From contig JAHDDJ010000001.1 of the NCBI GenBank assembly GCA_020629385.1, positions 5,797-69,796 of the forward strand: a DNA stretch of 64,000 nt, written 5' to 3'. A model generated the notes under the pieces. That model was not told the DNA's origin and searched no databases. It saw only the letters and a program-made list of their open reading frames with translations. The translations under genes were made by a program, and so were the position numbers. This stretch comes from Erythrobacter sp. (lineage in GTDB: Bacteria; Pseudomonadota; Alphaproteobacteria; Sphingomonadales; Sphingomonadaceae). Below are positions 9,874 to 19,322 of this stretch, in pieces (position 1 is the stretch's first letter; each line of letters starts with the position of its first letter).

Positions 9874-11791
9874 TTAAAAGCCACGCCTGCAACATTAAAA
9901 CGGTCCATAATTTACTTGCGTGGTCTCTTCGCCCCGAAACGTGTTCGTTCCAAACTTTGCTTACCACCGCATTGTCGAGAAGGGATGTTTTATTTAAAGC
10001 GTCCTTATTTATCAAAGATTCAGCCCAATCACGTAGTTCGCCACGTAACCACGCATGAAGCGGAATTTCAAATCCCGATTTCGGTCGATCAATGAGGCGC
10101 CTGGGTACCTTTCTATATACCAGTTCGCGTAAACACCATTTTGTGATTCCGTCCCGGATAAGTTGATCGTCACTAAGTGTCGCCGCAAAACTTATTACAG
10201 CTGGCGATAGAAACGGCACCCTGGTTTCCAATGAAACAGACATGGCTGCCCGGTCTACCTTTGTCAAAATATCTCCTGGAAGATATGTCTGACTATCCCG
10301 CTGCATCATCCAACGTAGAGGGCTCTCTTGATTTGGTAAACATTGATTTTGTGTTGCCAGTCGATCCTGACTCCCGAGTAGGACATCAGTGGAATCTGGC
10401 CATTCTTCACATAATTTTTCGTACAGCTCATTCAATGTACTACTTGGAAGTGTGTTGGAAATTTTTTGTAATTTTGTACCAAGCATTGGCACCTTGCTAT
10501 CGTCTACTGCTGAATATAGAGAACGAAAAACGGTGCTTTGCGATGATGGTATAGCGACAGTGTCAAGTAAAAAACTTACTACACTACGGATCGGCGCTGG
10601 GACCTTTTGAATTTTTGTCCAAAAGCGAGCAGCGTACTTGTAGCGGTTATACCCCCCGAATAACTCGTCCCCACCGTCACCCGACAAACATACAGTGACA
10701 TGTTCACGAGCCATTTTTGATACCAAGATAGTAGGAATCTGTGAAGAATCCGCAAAAGGCTCATCGTAAACTGAAGGAAGCTTCGGAATGACATCAAGCG
10801 CATCTGCTGCAGACACATATAGCTCATGATGATTCGTGCCGAGGTGTTCTGCTATCGCTTTGGCATATTTAGCTTCGTCCAGCTCAGCGAAATCAAAACC
10901 GATAGAAAAGGTGTTAATAGGAGCTGCTGATCTTTCCTGCATCAAACTGGCTATAGCGGTCGAATCGATTCCTCCGGATAAAAAGGCACCAATTGGCACG
11001 TCAGATAGACACTGAGACTCAACCGAATCACCAAGAATAGAGGACAACGCATTCACCGCTTCGGTATCACTCCTCTCCTGATTATTGCCATACTCAGGGA
11101 ATTTCCAGTACTGTTCAGTGACTTCTGGAGAGCGCGCCCTGTTTTTCGGATCTACGGTAACGAAACTCCCCGGAGGCAACTTGTAAATCCCTTTATAAAC
11201 TGAAGCGGGTGCGGGAATGTACCGGCTACGCATGTATAACTGTAATGCATTCCGATCTAACTGGTTTGAAAACTCAGGGTGCTGTCGAAGGGCCTTTAGC
11301 TCGGAACCAAATAGAAATGTATTCCCCTGCCAACCGTAATAAAGGGGCTTTTCACCCACTCGATCGCGGCACAATGTCATCGTCTTTTCAGATCGATCCC
11401 AAACGGCCACTGCAAACATACCGTTCAGTTTGTGTAAAGCTTGCTTAATACCTAGATGTTCAAAACATGCCAAGAGCGTTTCGGTATCCGATCCTCCACG
11501 CCATTTGTTGAATCCAGTTGACGCCTCCAGCTCTAAACGCAGTGCCAGGTGATTGTATATTTCTCCGTTGTACACAGCTACGTATCGACCCGAGCTAGAT
11601 TCCATAGGCTGAGAGCCGCTAGCTGATAAATCCAGAATCGATAATCGCCTGTGAACTAAGCAGACTCCAGAATCCGGATCTGTCCAGATACCTTGGTCGT
11701 CCGGTCCGCGGTGCTCCAAAGAAGCCGCCATGGCTTCGGCTACGCATTCTTTAACTAACGTGGTGCCCACATAACCAGCAATTCCGCACAT
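9863..11791 (-). CDS. asnB: AsnB-like amidotransferase, copy 2
   Basis: MCGIAG start at 11791. Motifs HRGPD, RRLSI, NGEIYN, LSGGIDST, SGDGGDELFGGY and KVDRAAM. Confidence 0.93.
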   Translation of the reverse strand: MCGIAGYVGTTLVKECVAEAMAASLEHRGPDDQGIWTDPDSGVCLVHRRLSILDLSASGSQPMESSSGRYVAVYNGEIYNHLALRLELEASTGFNKWRGGSDTETLLACFEHLGIKQALHKLNGMFAVAVWDRSEKTMTLCRDRVGEKPLYYGWQGNTFLFGSELKALRQHPEFSNQLDRNALQLYMRSRYIPAPASVYKGIYKLPPGSFVTVDPKNRARSPEVTEQYWKFPEYGNNQERSDTEAVNALSSILGDSVESQCLSDVPIGAFLSGGIDSTAIASLMQERSAAPINTFSIGFDFAELDEAKYAKAIAEHLGTNHHELYVSAADALDVIPKLPSVYDEPFADSSQIPTILVSKMAREHVTVCLSGDGGDELFGGYNRYKYAARFWTKIQKVPAPIRSVVSFLLDTVAIPSSQSTVFRSLYSAVDDSKVPMLGTKLQKISNTLPSSTLNELYEKLCEEWPDSTDVLLGSQDRLATQNQCLPNQESPLRWMMQRDSQTYLPGDILTKVDRAAMSVSLETRVPFLSPAVISFAATLSDDQLIRDGITKWCLRELVYRKVPRRLIDRPKSGFEIPLHAWLRGELRDWAESLINKDALNKTSLLDNAVVSKVWNEHVSGRRDHASKLWTVLMLQAWLLNED

Positions 11792-11792
11792 T

Positions 11793-13775
11793 TCAAAGGC
11801 TTCCTCTTGAAGCGCTACCATCTACACAAACAATTGATGCATTTTCGAGAAGCCAAGACTGGAACATCAGGATGTTCCACATCGGACCACCCAAGTCCCA
11901 TCGACCACTTAGATGCAACTCCCACGACCTTCGGACAGCGGACGCGTTAAAGAGGCCTTGCTGTTCCAGTGTTTTCGGACAGAGCAGTACTTCCGCCCAC
12001 TCTCGAAGTGGGCCGCGCAACCAAATGCCCACAGGTAAAGAAAATCCTTTTTTCGGTCGCTCAATTAATTCGTTTGGGATGTGGCGTTTAAGAACTTCCT
12101 TTAAGAGAATTTTCCCATTACCCGCGCGCAATTTGCTTTCAACGGGTATTCGCCATGCAAGTTCCGCAAGCTGGTGATCAAGCAGTGGAGCTCTCGCCTC
12201 GAGACCCACGGCCATGCTGGCTCGATCCACTTTGCACATAATGGTATCGTGCAAGTAAGTAGACGCGTCACACAGCATCATTTGTTCGAAAGCGTCGTGA
12301 AGCCCTATTTCTTTTGCTTTGTCAAAGCGCTCGATGATGTAGGGTGAATTTGAATTGCTCGGAAAGACTTCCTTAGGATTTAGCCATTGGGACATTATCG
12401 CTTGATAGAGATGTGGGTGCGATTCAAGTGACGCCAACTCGAGTAAACGTCGCCAATGAGCTACTTTGGCTGAGTACCGCCTTCCACCGTTTGCAGCGTT
12501 ATCGCTTCTTCTTAATCCAAGAACTGCCGCACCCAAACGTGACGCAGGACTCCTTATAACTTGAGGCACTCTGTTTAGTCTTTCCCAAATATTCACTGAC
12601 TCCCAATACCTTCGATAGCCACCAAACATCTCGTCACCACCGTCGCCCGAAAGACTGACCACCACATGTTGTCTCGTCAATTTCGATACCAAATACGTTG
12701 GTATCTGAGAAGAGTCAGCAAATGGCTCATCCCACACTGATGACAAATTGGGTATGACGTCAATGGCATCAGACGCGCTCACGTAAAGCTCGTTGTGTTG
12801 TGTTCCAAGATGGGTGGCGACACTTCTGGCATAAGGGGCCTCGTCATAAGCCTCTTCTTCAAACCCGATACTGAACGTATTCACCGACTTTGACCCAGTA
12901 GCTTTCATCATGGCTACCACTAAACTGGAGTCCACGCCCCCGGAGAGAAAGGCGCCGAGCGGAACGTCACTATTCATCCGAGATTGCACACTTTCCAAAA
13001 GCTGTGTTTCGAGCACGTCAACTATTTCAGCATGATCAAGTTCTACTGGATTCCTGGAGCCATTCTCAGCGGCTCGCTCTATCGACCAATAGCTGCCGTA
13101 CTCAGCATTCTCCAGGTCGGATTCATCAAACGTAACGATGCTCCCGGGAAGAAGCTTGTGTATACCTTCGTAGATGGTTTTTGGTGCTGGAATATTGTTG
13201 TAGCGTAAGAAATCAGACACCGCACTGAAGTTCAAATTAAATCGGGTGTCCGTTCCTTCTACTATCGCTTTCAGTTCAGATGCGAAAACTAAAGCCCGAC
13301 CGATAACACCGAAATACAACGGCTTTTCACCCAGTCGGTCTCGCACTAAATGAAGTTTCCGCAGATCTTGATCGTATAGTGCAAAAGCGAACATCCCGTT
13401 GATTTTAGACAACGTCTTATCAATACCCCACTGGGTAAAACATTCGATCAATGTTTCTGTATCGGAGGTGCCGCGCCATTCAATGGGGCATGACTGCTCT
13501 AATTCTTCTCTTAGAGCAGAATGGTTATATATTTCCCCGTTGTAGCTGATCACATATCTGCTGGATTTCGAAAGCATTGGTTGACTTCCATTGCTGGACA
13601 AATCCAGTATGGAAAGCCTTCGATGGCCAAGAGTGACACGGCAATCTCTCGACTGCCAAATCCCTTCTCCATCTGGGCCGCGATGTCGAATCGCAGCCAG
13701 CATTGCATTAACCCGGGTAATTGAGTCTTGTCCTGATACGCCATCGGCTGGCAAAAAACCTGCTATTCCGCACAA
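11793..13775 (-). CDS. asnB: AsnB-like amidotransferase, copy 3
   Basis: TTG start giving MCGIAG. Motifs HRGPD, NGEIYN, LSGGVDSS, SGDGGDEMFGGY and KVDRASM. Confidence 0.93.
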   Translation of the reverse strand: MCGIAGFLPADGVSGQDSITRVNAMLAAIRHRGPDGEGIWQSRDCRVTLGHRRLSILDLSSNGSQPMLSKSSRYVISYNGEIYNHSALREELEQSCPIEWRGTSDTETLIECFTQWGIDKTLSKINGMFAFALYDQDLRKLHLVRDRLGEKPLYFGVIGRALVFASELKAIVEGTDTRFNLNFSAVSDFLRYNNIPAPKTIYEGIHKLLPGSIVTFDESDLENAEYGSYWSIERAAENGSRNPVELDHAEIVDVLETQLLESVQSRMNSDVPLGAFLSGGVDSSLVVAMMKATGSKSVNTFSIGFEEEAYDEAPYARSVATHLGTQHNELYVSASDAIDVIPNLSSVWDEPFADSSQIPTYLVSKLTRQHVVVSLSGDGGDEMFGGYRRYWESVNIWERLNRVPQVIRSPASRLGAAVLGLRRSDNAANGGRRYSAKVAHWRRLLELASLESHPHLYQAIMSQWLNPKEVFPSNSNSPYIIERFDKAKEIGLHDAFEQMMLCDASTYLHDTIMCKVDRASMAVGLEARAPLLDHQLAELAWRIPVESKLRAGNGKILLKEVLKRHIPNELIERPKKGFSLPVGIWLRGPLREWAEVLLCPKTLEQQGLFNASAVRRSWELHLSGRWDLGGPMWNILMFQSWLLENASIVCVDGSASRGSL

Positions 13776-13824
13776 AACATATTCCCCAGAGTTTGGTTAT
13801 AAACGTTACCGCAATTAGAGTCGA

Positions 13825-14925
13825 TTACTCTCGGCCCAGTACTTCAACCCAGTTGCTCAAATTCTGTTGCTCGCTATGAGAGATCAGTATCTGAGTGGCA
13901 CTGCGTCCAAGCCGTTCTCGTAACTTTCCATCGCGAACCGCTTCGGAGATTGCCCCTGCCAACGCTGTAGTGTCCCCAGCCGGCACCAACAGCCCATTAA
14001 TTCCATGCTCAATCAATTCCGCTGGACCTGCGGGACAGTCAAATGCAATAGAACATTTCCCTGCTGCCATCGCTTCCATTAAAACATTCGGATACCCCTC
14101 TTTCCGGGAAGGCAATACAAATATGTCTGCTCGCTGGTACCAATCACTTAGGTTGCCAACTCGACCAGGAAGAACGAGTTGATCGTGAATCCCCAAGTTG
14201 CTGGCCTGCTGCATAACCTCGTCCCCTTGTTTCAGACCAGCAATTGCCAATTTGACATTGGGATCAAATTCGCATTTTGCGAAGCTCTCTAATAGGAGGT
14301 CAAATCCTTTAAACCATGAGTTACGTCCCACAGCCAGTATCACGAACTCTTCAGCTGAAAGATAATCAGTCGTCGGTTTATTTGGATCGCTATCGGCCAA
14401 AGGAAACACTACCGAATTGGGTATTGTTACGACAGATTTCACACCGGCATTTCGCTCTAGCCAACTTGACGCCCTGGCGGTTTGGGCAACAACCTCACTC
14501 GCAAAACGGTAGGTCAACCTGCGCAGAGGGTGCCAAATTCGGCCATCTTGCTTGGTTGGGAAATTCCTTTCGGCCAATACAACCCGTGTTTTTAGTCCAA
14601 GAGTAGCAATGGAGAGAATGACGTTCTGCGTCGTCATAAATGACAATGCCACATCTGGCTGTAGTTGTTTTACGGCTTTCCGCGTAACCCGAACTCGATT
14701 TATGTTTGATGCTAAACCGTGCAACGCGGAAGTAGACTGAGTATCCAGCTCGAGATGATGTCGATCGACCCGCTCATCCAGAGGATACTGATCTTCCACC
14801 TGAGATGATTGTGTCAACACATTAACCTTCCATCCAATGTCACAGAGGCTTTTTGCTAACCGAACGACCGTTCTTTCAGCGCCACCACCATCCAGCGAAT
14901 GAACAAAAATTGAGATTTTCCGCAT
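13825..14925 (-). CDS. Glycosyltransferase family 4 (AmsD-like)
   Basis: GGAER, VGRNSWFKGF, PSRKEGYPNVLMEAM and DCPAGPAE. Confidence 0.92.
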   Translation of the reverse strand: MRKISIFVHSLDGGGAERTVVRLAKSLCDIGWKVNVLTQSSQVEDQYPLDERVDRHHLELDTQSTSALHGLASNINRVRVTRKAVKQLQPDVALSFMTTQNVILSIATLGLKTRVVLAERNFPTKQDGRIWHPLRRLTYRFASEVVAQTARASSWLERNAGVKSVVTIPNSVVFPLADSDPNKPTTDYLSAEEFVILAVGRNSWFKGFDLLLESFAKCEFDPNVKLAIAGLKQGDEVMQQASNLGIHDQLVLPGRVGNLSDWYQRADIFVLPSRKEGYPNVLMEAMAAGKCSIAFDCPAGPAELIEHGINGLLVPAGDTTALAGAISEAVRDGKLRERLGRSATQILISHSEQQNLSNWVEVLGRE

Positions 14926-15051
14926 TTACTTAACTTGACCAATAGTTCACATATTACAGTGCGGTTTAGATCGCGCATTCGAAGTATGCTCTCACCCACG
15001 AATGTTGGAATTTGAACTGATCAGCTCAAGTTAGCCGATCCTCGGAGCCCT

Positions 15052-16380
15052 GTGATTTTACCAAATAATAAGCTGTCCATCTTGGTCGAAAGAATGAAGA
15101 GCGTTCCATTGCTGCGAGAATCCGGCCTAATTTTTTTCGTTAGAGCCTCGGCCTACGCTATCGCTTTTTTGGTAAACATTTTCTATGCGCGAATTCTTGG
15201 CGTAGACGAGTTCACTACTTACATCTACGCACTTAGTTGGTTGCCCCTGTTGCAAATCTTATCGTTAGCGGGAAGCGATAGTGCGATATTGAAATTTGTA
15301 CCCCAATATTTAGTTACTAAAGAGTGGAAATATGTAAGGGGCCTACTAGATCACAGTTTTTATGTCGTTTTGGCTAACTCACTCCTCGTCGGGGGGGCGT
15401 TTTATTTTCTGATGACAAAGTTCCCCGTATCCGATCAAATAGAAGTAAAGAAAGCCCTTAATTACTTAGTTTTTGTATTGCCGCTTTTAGTTTACTTTTC
15501 ACTACAGTATTCGTTTTTAAGAGTTTTAAAACAGACCATTGTCGGAACAGCACTTCAGGAAATAGCTAGACCATTGTTGCAACTCGTCATAGTGGTGGTG
15601 TCTTACTACTTGGTCGGGCCGGTAACCGCCTCTTCTACGCTGCTCGTATACGGCATGACAATGGTTCTAGCAATTTTATGCGCTCATGCCCTGACGAAGA
15701 AGAACATACCTGTACAGGTATGTGAAAGCCGCAGAAATACAGACTGGCGCCTATGGATATCAGTTTCAGTTCCGATGTTTGCAGTCGCAGGCTTTCAGTT
15801 AATTACGGCAACGATGGATGTACTAATGTTAGGTTACCTAGTCGATACAAAAACAGCGGGGATCTACGGGGTCGCTACCAAAATCGCGGCGCTGGGTTCA
15901 TTCGGATTTTCCGCGATTGCACTATTTGTGGTGCCGACATTTTCAGAGCTACACGCCAAAGGCGATAAAGCCGCGTTACAGAAAAGAATAACTGATTCAT
16001 CAAGGCTTATATTTTTGTCAGCAGTTGTTTTCACTGTTCTAATTTCTGTATCCAGCACCTTTTTATTAGGGTTATTTGGTGAGGAGTATGTTCCGGCGAG
16101 GACAAACTTACTCATTTTGCTCTTTGGCCATCTTTTTATCGGATTTGCAGGTGCAGCTGCGTACGTTTTAGCGATGACAGGCCATCATAAAAAGGTTTTT
16201 CTTTTCACATTTCTAGCCGCTAGTCAAAATGTGGTTTTAAATTACATTCTTATTGGGATTTACGGAGACACTGGCGCGGCGGTGGCGACGGTTTACACAC
16301 AAATTTTTTCCACAAGCGCAATGGTTGTTTACCTTATTGTCCGAACTGGCTTAAACACGACTATACTTAAGCGAATTTAA
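15052..16380 (+). CDS. wzx: Wzx-type oligosaccharide flippase
   Basis: About 12 hydrophobic segments, with ARILG..EF, D-VLMLG, AGIYGVA and GAAVAT motifs of the PST/MOP family. Confidence 0.88.
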   Translation: MILPNNKLSILVERMKSVPLLRESGLIFFVRASAYAIAFLVNIFYARILGVDEFTTYIYALSWLPLLQILSLAGSDSAILKFVPQYLVTKEWKYVRGLLDHSFYVVLANSLLVGGAFYFLMTKFPVSDQIEVKKALNYLVFVLPLLVYFSLQYSFLRVLKQTIVGTALQEIARPLLQLVIVVVSYYLVGPVTASSTLLVYGMTMVLAILCAHALTKKNIPVQVCESRRNTDWRLWISVSVPMFAVAGFQLITATMDVLMLGYLVDTKTAGIYGVATKIAALGSFGFSAIALFVVPTFSELHAKGDKAALQKRITDSSRLIFLSAVVFTVLISVSSTFLLGLFGEEYVPARTNLLILLFGHLFIGFAGAAAYVLAMTGHHKKVFLFTFLAASQNVVLNYILIGIYGDTGAAVATVYTQIFSTSAMVVYLIVRTGLNTTILKRI

Positions 16381-16478
16381 CAATGTTCACCGTTGCCACT
16401 TTGGCAGACCGAGCTCTGAAACGGCTTTAGTGAGAGAATGTGAACTGTAAATTGACATAGCGCCCAAGGAAAGCGTTC

Positions 16479-17534
16479 ATGAACATACGTCCGTGCAGGA
16501 TCTGTTTTGGAACAGCGCTTCTGCTAATAGCGACATTCCCTGTTAGTAGTTTCGCCGATCAGTCAGAAATTTCAGCGGTAGGTTTCGGGTCAAATGCGAC
16601 AGGCGGCGCGGGCGGAAGAACTTGCGAGGTTTCAAGCCTTGCTGACGAAGGCGATAACACCCTACGATCCTGCATAAACGACGGTGGTCCTGTGGAGGTA
16701 AACTTCTCCATTGATGGAACGATAGAGACATCCAAATACCTATACCTAGTGAGTGACATGACGATCGACGGCAGTGGAGCTGAGATCACAATCAGCGGCG
16801 CTGATGGCATGGCATGTTTCGGTAAATCCAACATTATCATCAAAAACGTTGAAATCGCCGACGTTGGGTCGGGGATCCGATTCCGTGAAAAATGTTCTGA
16901 TATCTGGATCGACCGCGTACACATTACCCGTGCAAAAGATGAAGGAATAGCGATTGATCAAGGCTCAACAAATGTAACGATCTCAAACTCCCGTATCGAC
17001 CACACTGAAAAAGCGATCCTGATAGGCTCAAGCGCAACTGATACCGACACAAAAAATTCACGAGTTACTATTCACAACAACATTCTGTCGGCGAAACAAC
17101 GCAATCCGAACGTTCGTCATGCATCGGTACACGTGTTTAATAATGCAATTATCGACTACCTTTTTGAAGGTGTTATCGCATCTGAAGGTGCGAAAGTCAT
17201 TGTCGAAAATAACATCATCAGACCAGCGGATAGTAGCAACAGAAAATTTTACGGCTTGAAAGCTGACGTCCACAATCAAGGGGACGAAAATGAAGGCTAC
17301 ATCTGGGCCGATGGCAATCTTTTCGCTGACGGGGCCAGCTACCGCGGGTCTGGCCTGTCTCAGGGTACCGTTAAGCCAGAAAGCGTTATAAGCTCCATTA
17401 AGAACTTCGTGTTTTATCCTGGTTTTTTTTCTTCACCGCCTGAACCCTTTGAAATCCCGTACGACTATCACCTCTTACCCGCTGATCTCGATTTGCTAGA
17501 TACACTCGAAAAAACAGTTGGACCCAACAGTTAG
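16479..17534 (+). CDS. Secreted polysaccharide lyase family 1 (pectate lyase fold), paralog A
   Basis: Signal peptide ending SFA. Motifs GFGSNATGGAGG, IWID, NVTISNS, KAILIG and RNPNVR...HVFNN (RxPxxR). Confidence 0.85.
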   Translation: MNIRPCRICFGTALLLIATFPVSSFADQSEISAVGFGSNATGGAGGRTCEVSSLADEGDNTLRSCINDGGPVEVNFSIDGTIETSKYLYLVSDMTIDGSGAEITISGADGMACFGKSNIIIKNVEIADVGSGIRFREKCSDIWIDRVHITRAKDEGIAIDQGSTNVTISNSRIDHTEKAILIGSSATDTDTKNSRVTIHNNILSAKQRNPNVRHASVHVFNNAIIDYLFEGVIASEGAKVIVENNIIRPADSSNRKFYGLKADVHNQGDENEGYIWADGNLFADGASYRGSGLSQGTVKPESVISSIKNFVFYPGFFSSPPEPFEIPYDYHLLPADLDLLDTLEKTVGPNS

Positions 17535-17544
17535 CCTCTCAATA

Positions 17545-17580
17545 AATCCAACAGATGGATTCTTCGGCCCGCACGGGCCG
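17545..17580 (+). other. Two tandem perfect 6-bp hairpins after PL1 paralog A
   Basis: aatcca-acaga-tggatt (17545-17561) and cggccc-gcac-gggccg (17565-17580). No U-tract follows. Confidence 0.35.
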
Positions 17581-17773
17581 GTCCAAAACAATTGTCGACT
17601 AAGTGGCTTTTATTAAAAAATCTGTGCGATACATCCAAATCAAATAAAGCGTCCCTCACAGAAAGAGCAGTAAGTCAAAAGATATCCTAAAACAGATCGC
17701 TACATGCCTTGTACCGATCGGTTAATGCTCGCTGTCGGCTGTAATAAGCAACGATCGGCTCCCTACTATAAAG

Positions 17774-19297
17774 GTGCAAGCCGTGAGAATAATAATAATA
17801 GGACTGGCAGTCTTTTTATGCTCGTGTAGCTCTGGAGGTCCAGATGAAATTTTTGAAGCGACACCCGATGCTGTCAAGCCACCGCTTGCACTTGCAACCA
17901 CAGATGGTGCAGCAGTTCTCAGCAACTCTTCAGACGCTAATGGGAGTTTGACCGCTTCAACGACTGATGCTCAGCCGTCTCTCGGAGCTGCAAATCCTGA
18001 TAGCACAGCAGAGGGTTCTCCAACCGACCAAACCGACAATGAGACCACATCGTCAGGCACTTTAAACCCTACACTTGCTGCAGAAACCGCAGAAAGCGCT
18101 ATTTCAAACAATCAGCCATTTACAGTGCAAGCACCCGAAACGGAGCTAGGCGAAGGGCAAGCGCCGCAATTGCCAACACCAGATCTACTATCCAATGCGG
18201 CCAACCCATCACAAGCGAAAATCGAGTTGCCCACTCCTCAGGTAACTGAGTCGTCCAGCACTTCAAACGAAAATGAAACAAACCGAGAAGACGATAATTC
18301 TCTTGTCGACAGCGGCAATAACGAACCACCTATTGACTCGTCACCTGACTTATCCACTGATCACTTTCCAGATGGGGACAACTATGAAGATTTATTAACC
18401 TCTTCTGGAAGAATAGGGTTTGGTGCTAACGCTACCGGTGGCTTCGCCAGCGAGTTGTGTTTAGTTACAAACTTAAGCGACAGTGGAACCGGTTCTCTGC
18501 GCGAGTGCATTGAGAAAGCAGGAGCTAATTGGATCCGTTTTTCCGTAAGCGGCACCATTAATTCAAGTGGATATATTTACCTGAATAGCAATAAAACGAT
18601 AGACGGACGGGGGGCGGACATTACCCTTTCCGGTGAGCAAGGATTAATCTGTTTTGGCAAAGAAAATATTATTATTCACAACATAAAGATAAAGAATATA
18701 GGTTCTGGAATTAAGCTTCGCGAACAGTGCAAGAACGTGTGGATTGATCATGTTGAACTGAGTTACGTTGAAGATGAAGCCTTGTCTGCAGACCAAGGTT
18801 CTACCGACATCACTTTTTCTAGGGTACACGTTCATAGCACCGTAAAAGCCGCGCTCATAGGTTCAGCTCCCGATCAGACAGAAACAAGGAACACCCGCGT
18901 AACTATCCACAACAGCATCCTAGCCGCACGGATGAGAAATCCTAATTCAAGGTACGCATCGGTTCATGTTTTTAACAACGTCATTGAAAACTTTCAATGG
19001 GAAGGAATGGTAGCGTCGCAGGAAGCACGCATAATTTCGGAGAACAACGTACTAATCGCCGGTCAGGACACCGTAGAAGAGCGATATGCGCAGATCGCTC
19101 AGATTCATAATCAAGGGGATTACAATACGGGGTACCTCTGGTCTGTAGGTGATGATTTTAGAAATGGAGCAGACCAGTCAGGCGAGGGAATAAATCCTGA
19201 TACATCTATGAAGTTTGATATCCCCTACCATTACCCGTTGGATCTAGCAGACGATGCCTTGATCGAGAGGCTCAGATCAGAGGTAGGTTGGCAGTAG
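17774..19297 (+). CDS. Lipoprotein with long low-complexity linker and PL1 pectate-lyase-fold domain, paralog B
   Basis: Lipobox LCSC-S, then about 190 aa rich in S/T/A/P/D/E, then GFGANATGG, DSGTGSLR, KTIDGRG, VWIDH and RNPNSR...HVFNN. Confidence 0.87.
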   Translation: MQAVRIIIIGLAVFLCSCSSGGPDEIFEATPDAVKPPLALATTDGAAVLSNSSDANGSLTASTTDAQPSLGAANPDSTAEGSPTDQTDNETTSSGTLNPTLAAETAESAISNNQPFTVQAPETELGEGQAPQLPTPDLLSNAANPSQAKIELPTPQVTESSSTSNENETNREDDNSLVDSGNNEPPIDSSPDLSTDHFPDGDNYEDLLTSSGRIGFGANATGGFASELCLVTNLSDSGTGSLRECIEKAGANWIRFSVSGTINSSGYIYLNSNKTIDGRGADITLSGEQGLICFGKENIIIHNIKIKNIGSGIKLREQCKNVWIDHVELSYVEDEALSADQGSTDITFSRVHVHSTVKAALIGSAPDQTETRNTRVTIHNSILAARMRNPNSRYASVHVFNNVIENFQWEGMVASQEARIISENNVLIAGQDTVEERYAQIAQIHNQGDYNTGYLWSVGDDFRNGADQSGEGINPDTSMKFDIPYHYPLDLADDALIERLRSEVGWQ

Positions 19298-19322
19298 TCG
19301 CCCACGGGGCCGGATATCTCTC

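Noticed and set aside
5622-13775. AsnB paralogs as lasso-peptide cyclases (RiPP cluster)
   Set aside because: All keep the N-terminal Cys glutaminase domain, no B-protein/PqqD or precursor peptide is visible, and they are interleaved with glycosyltransferases.
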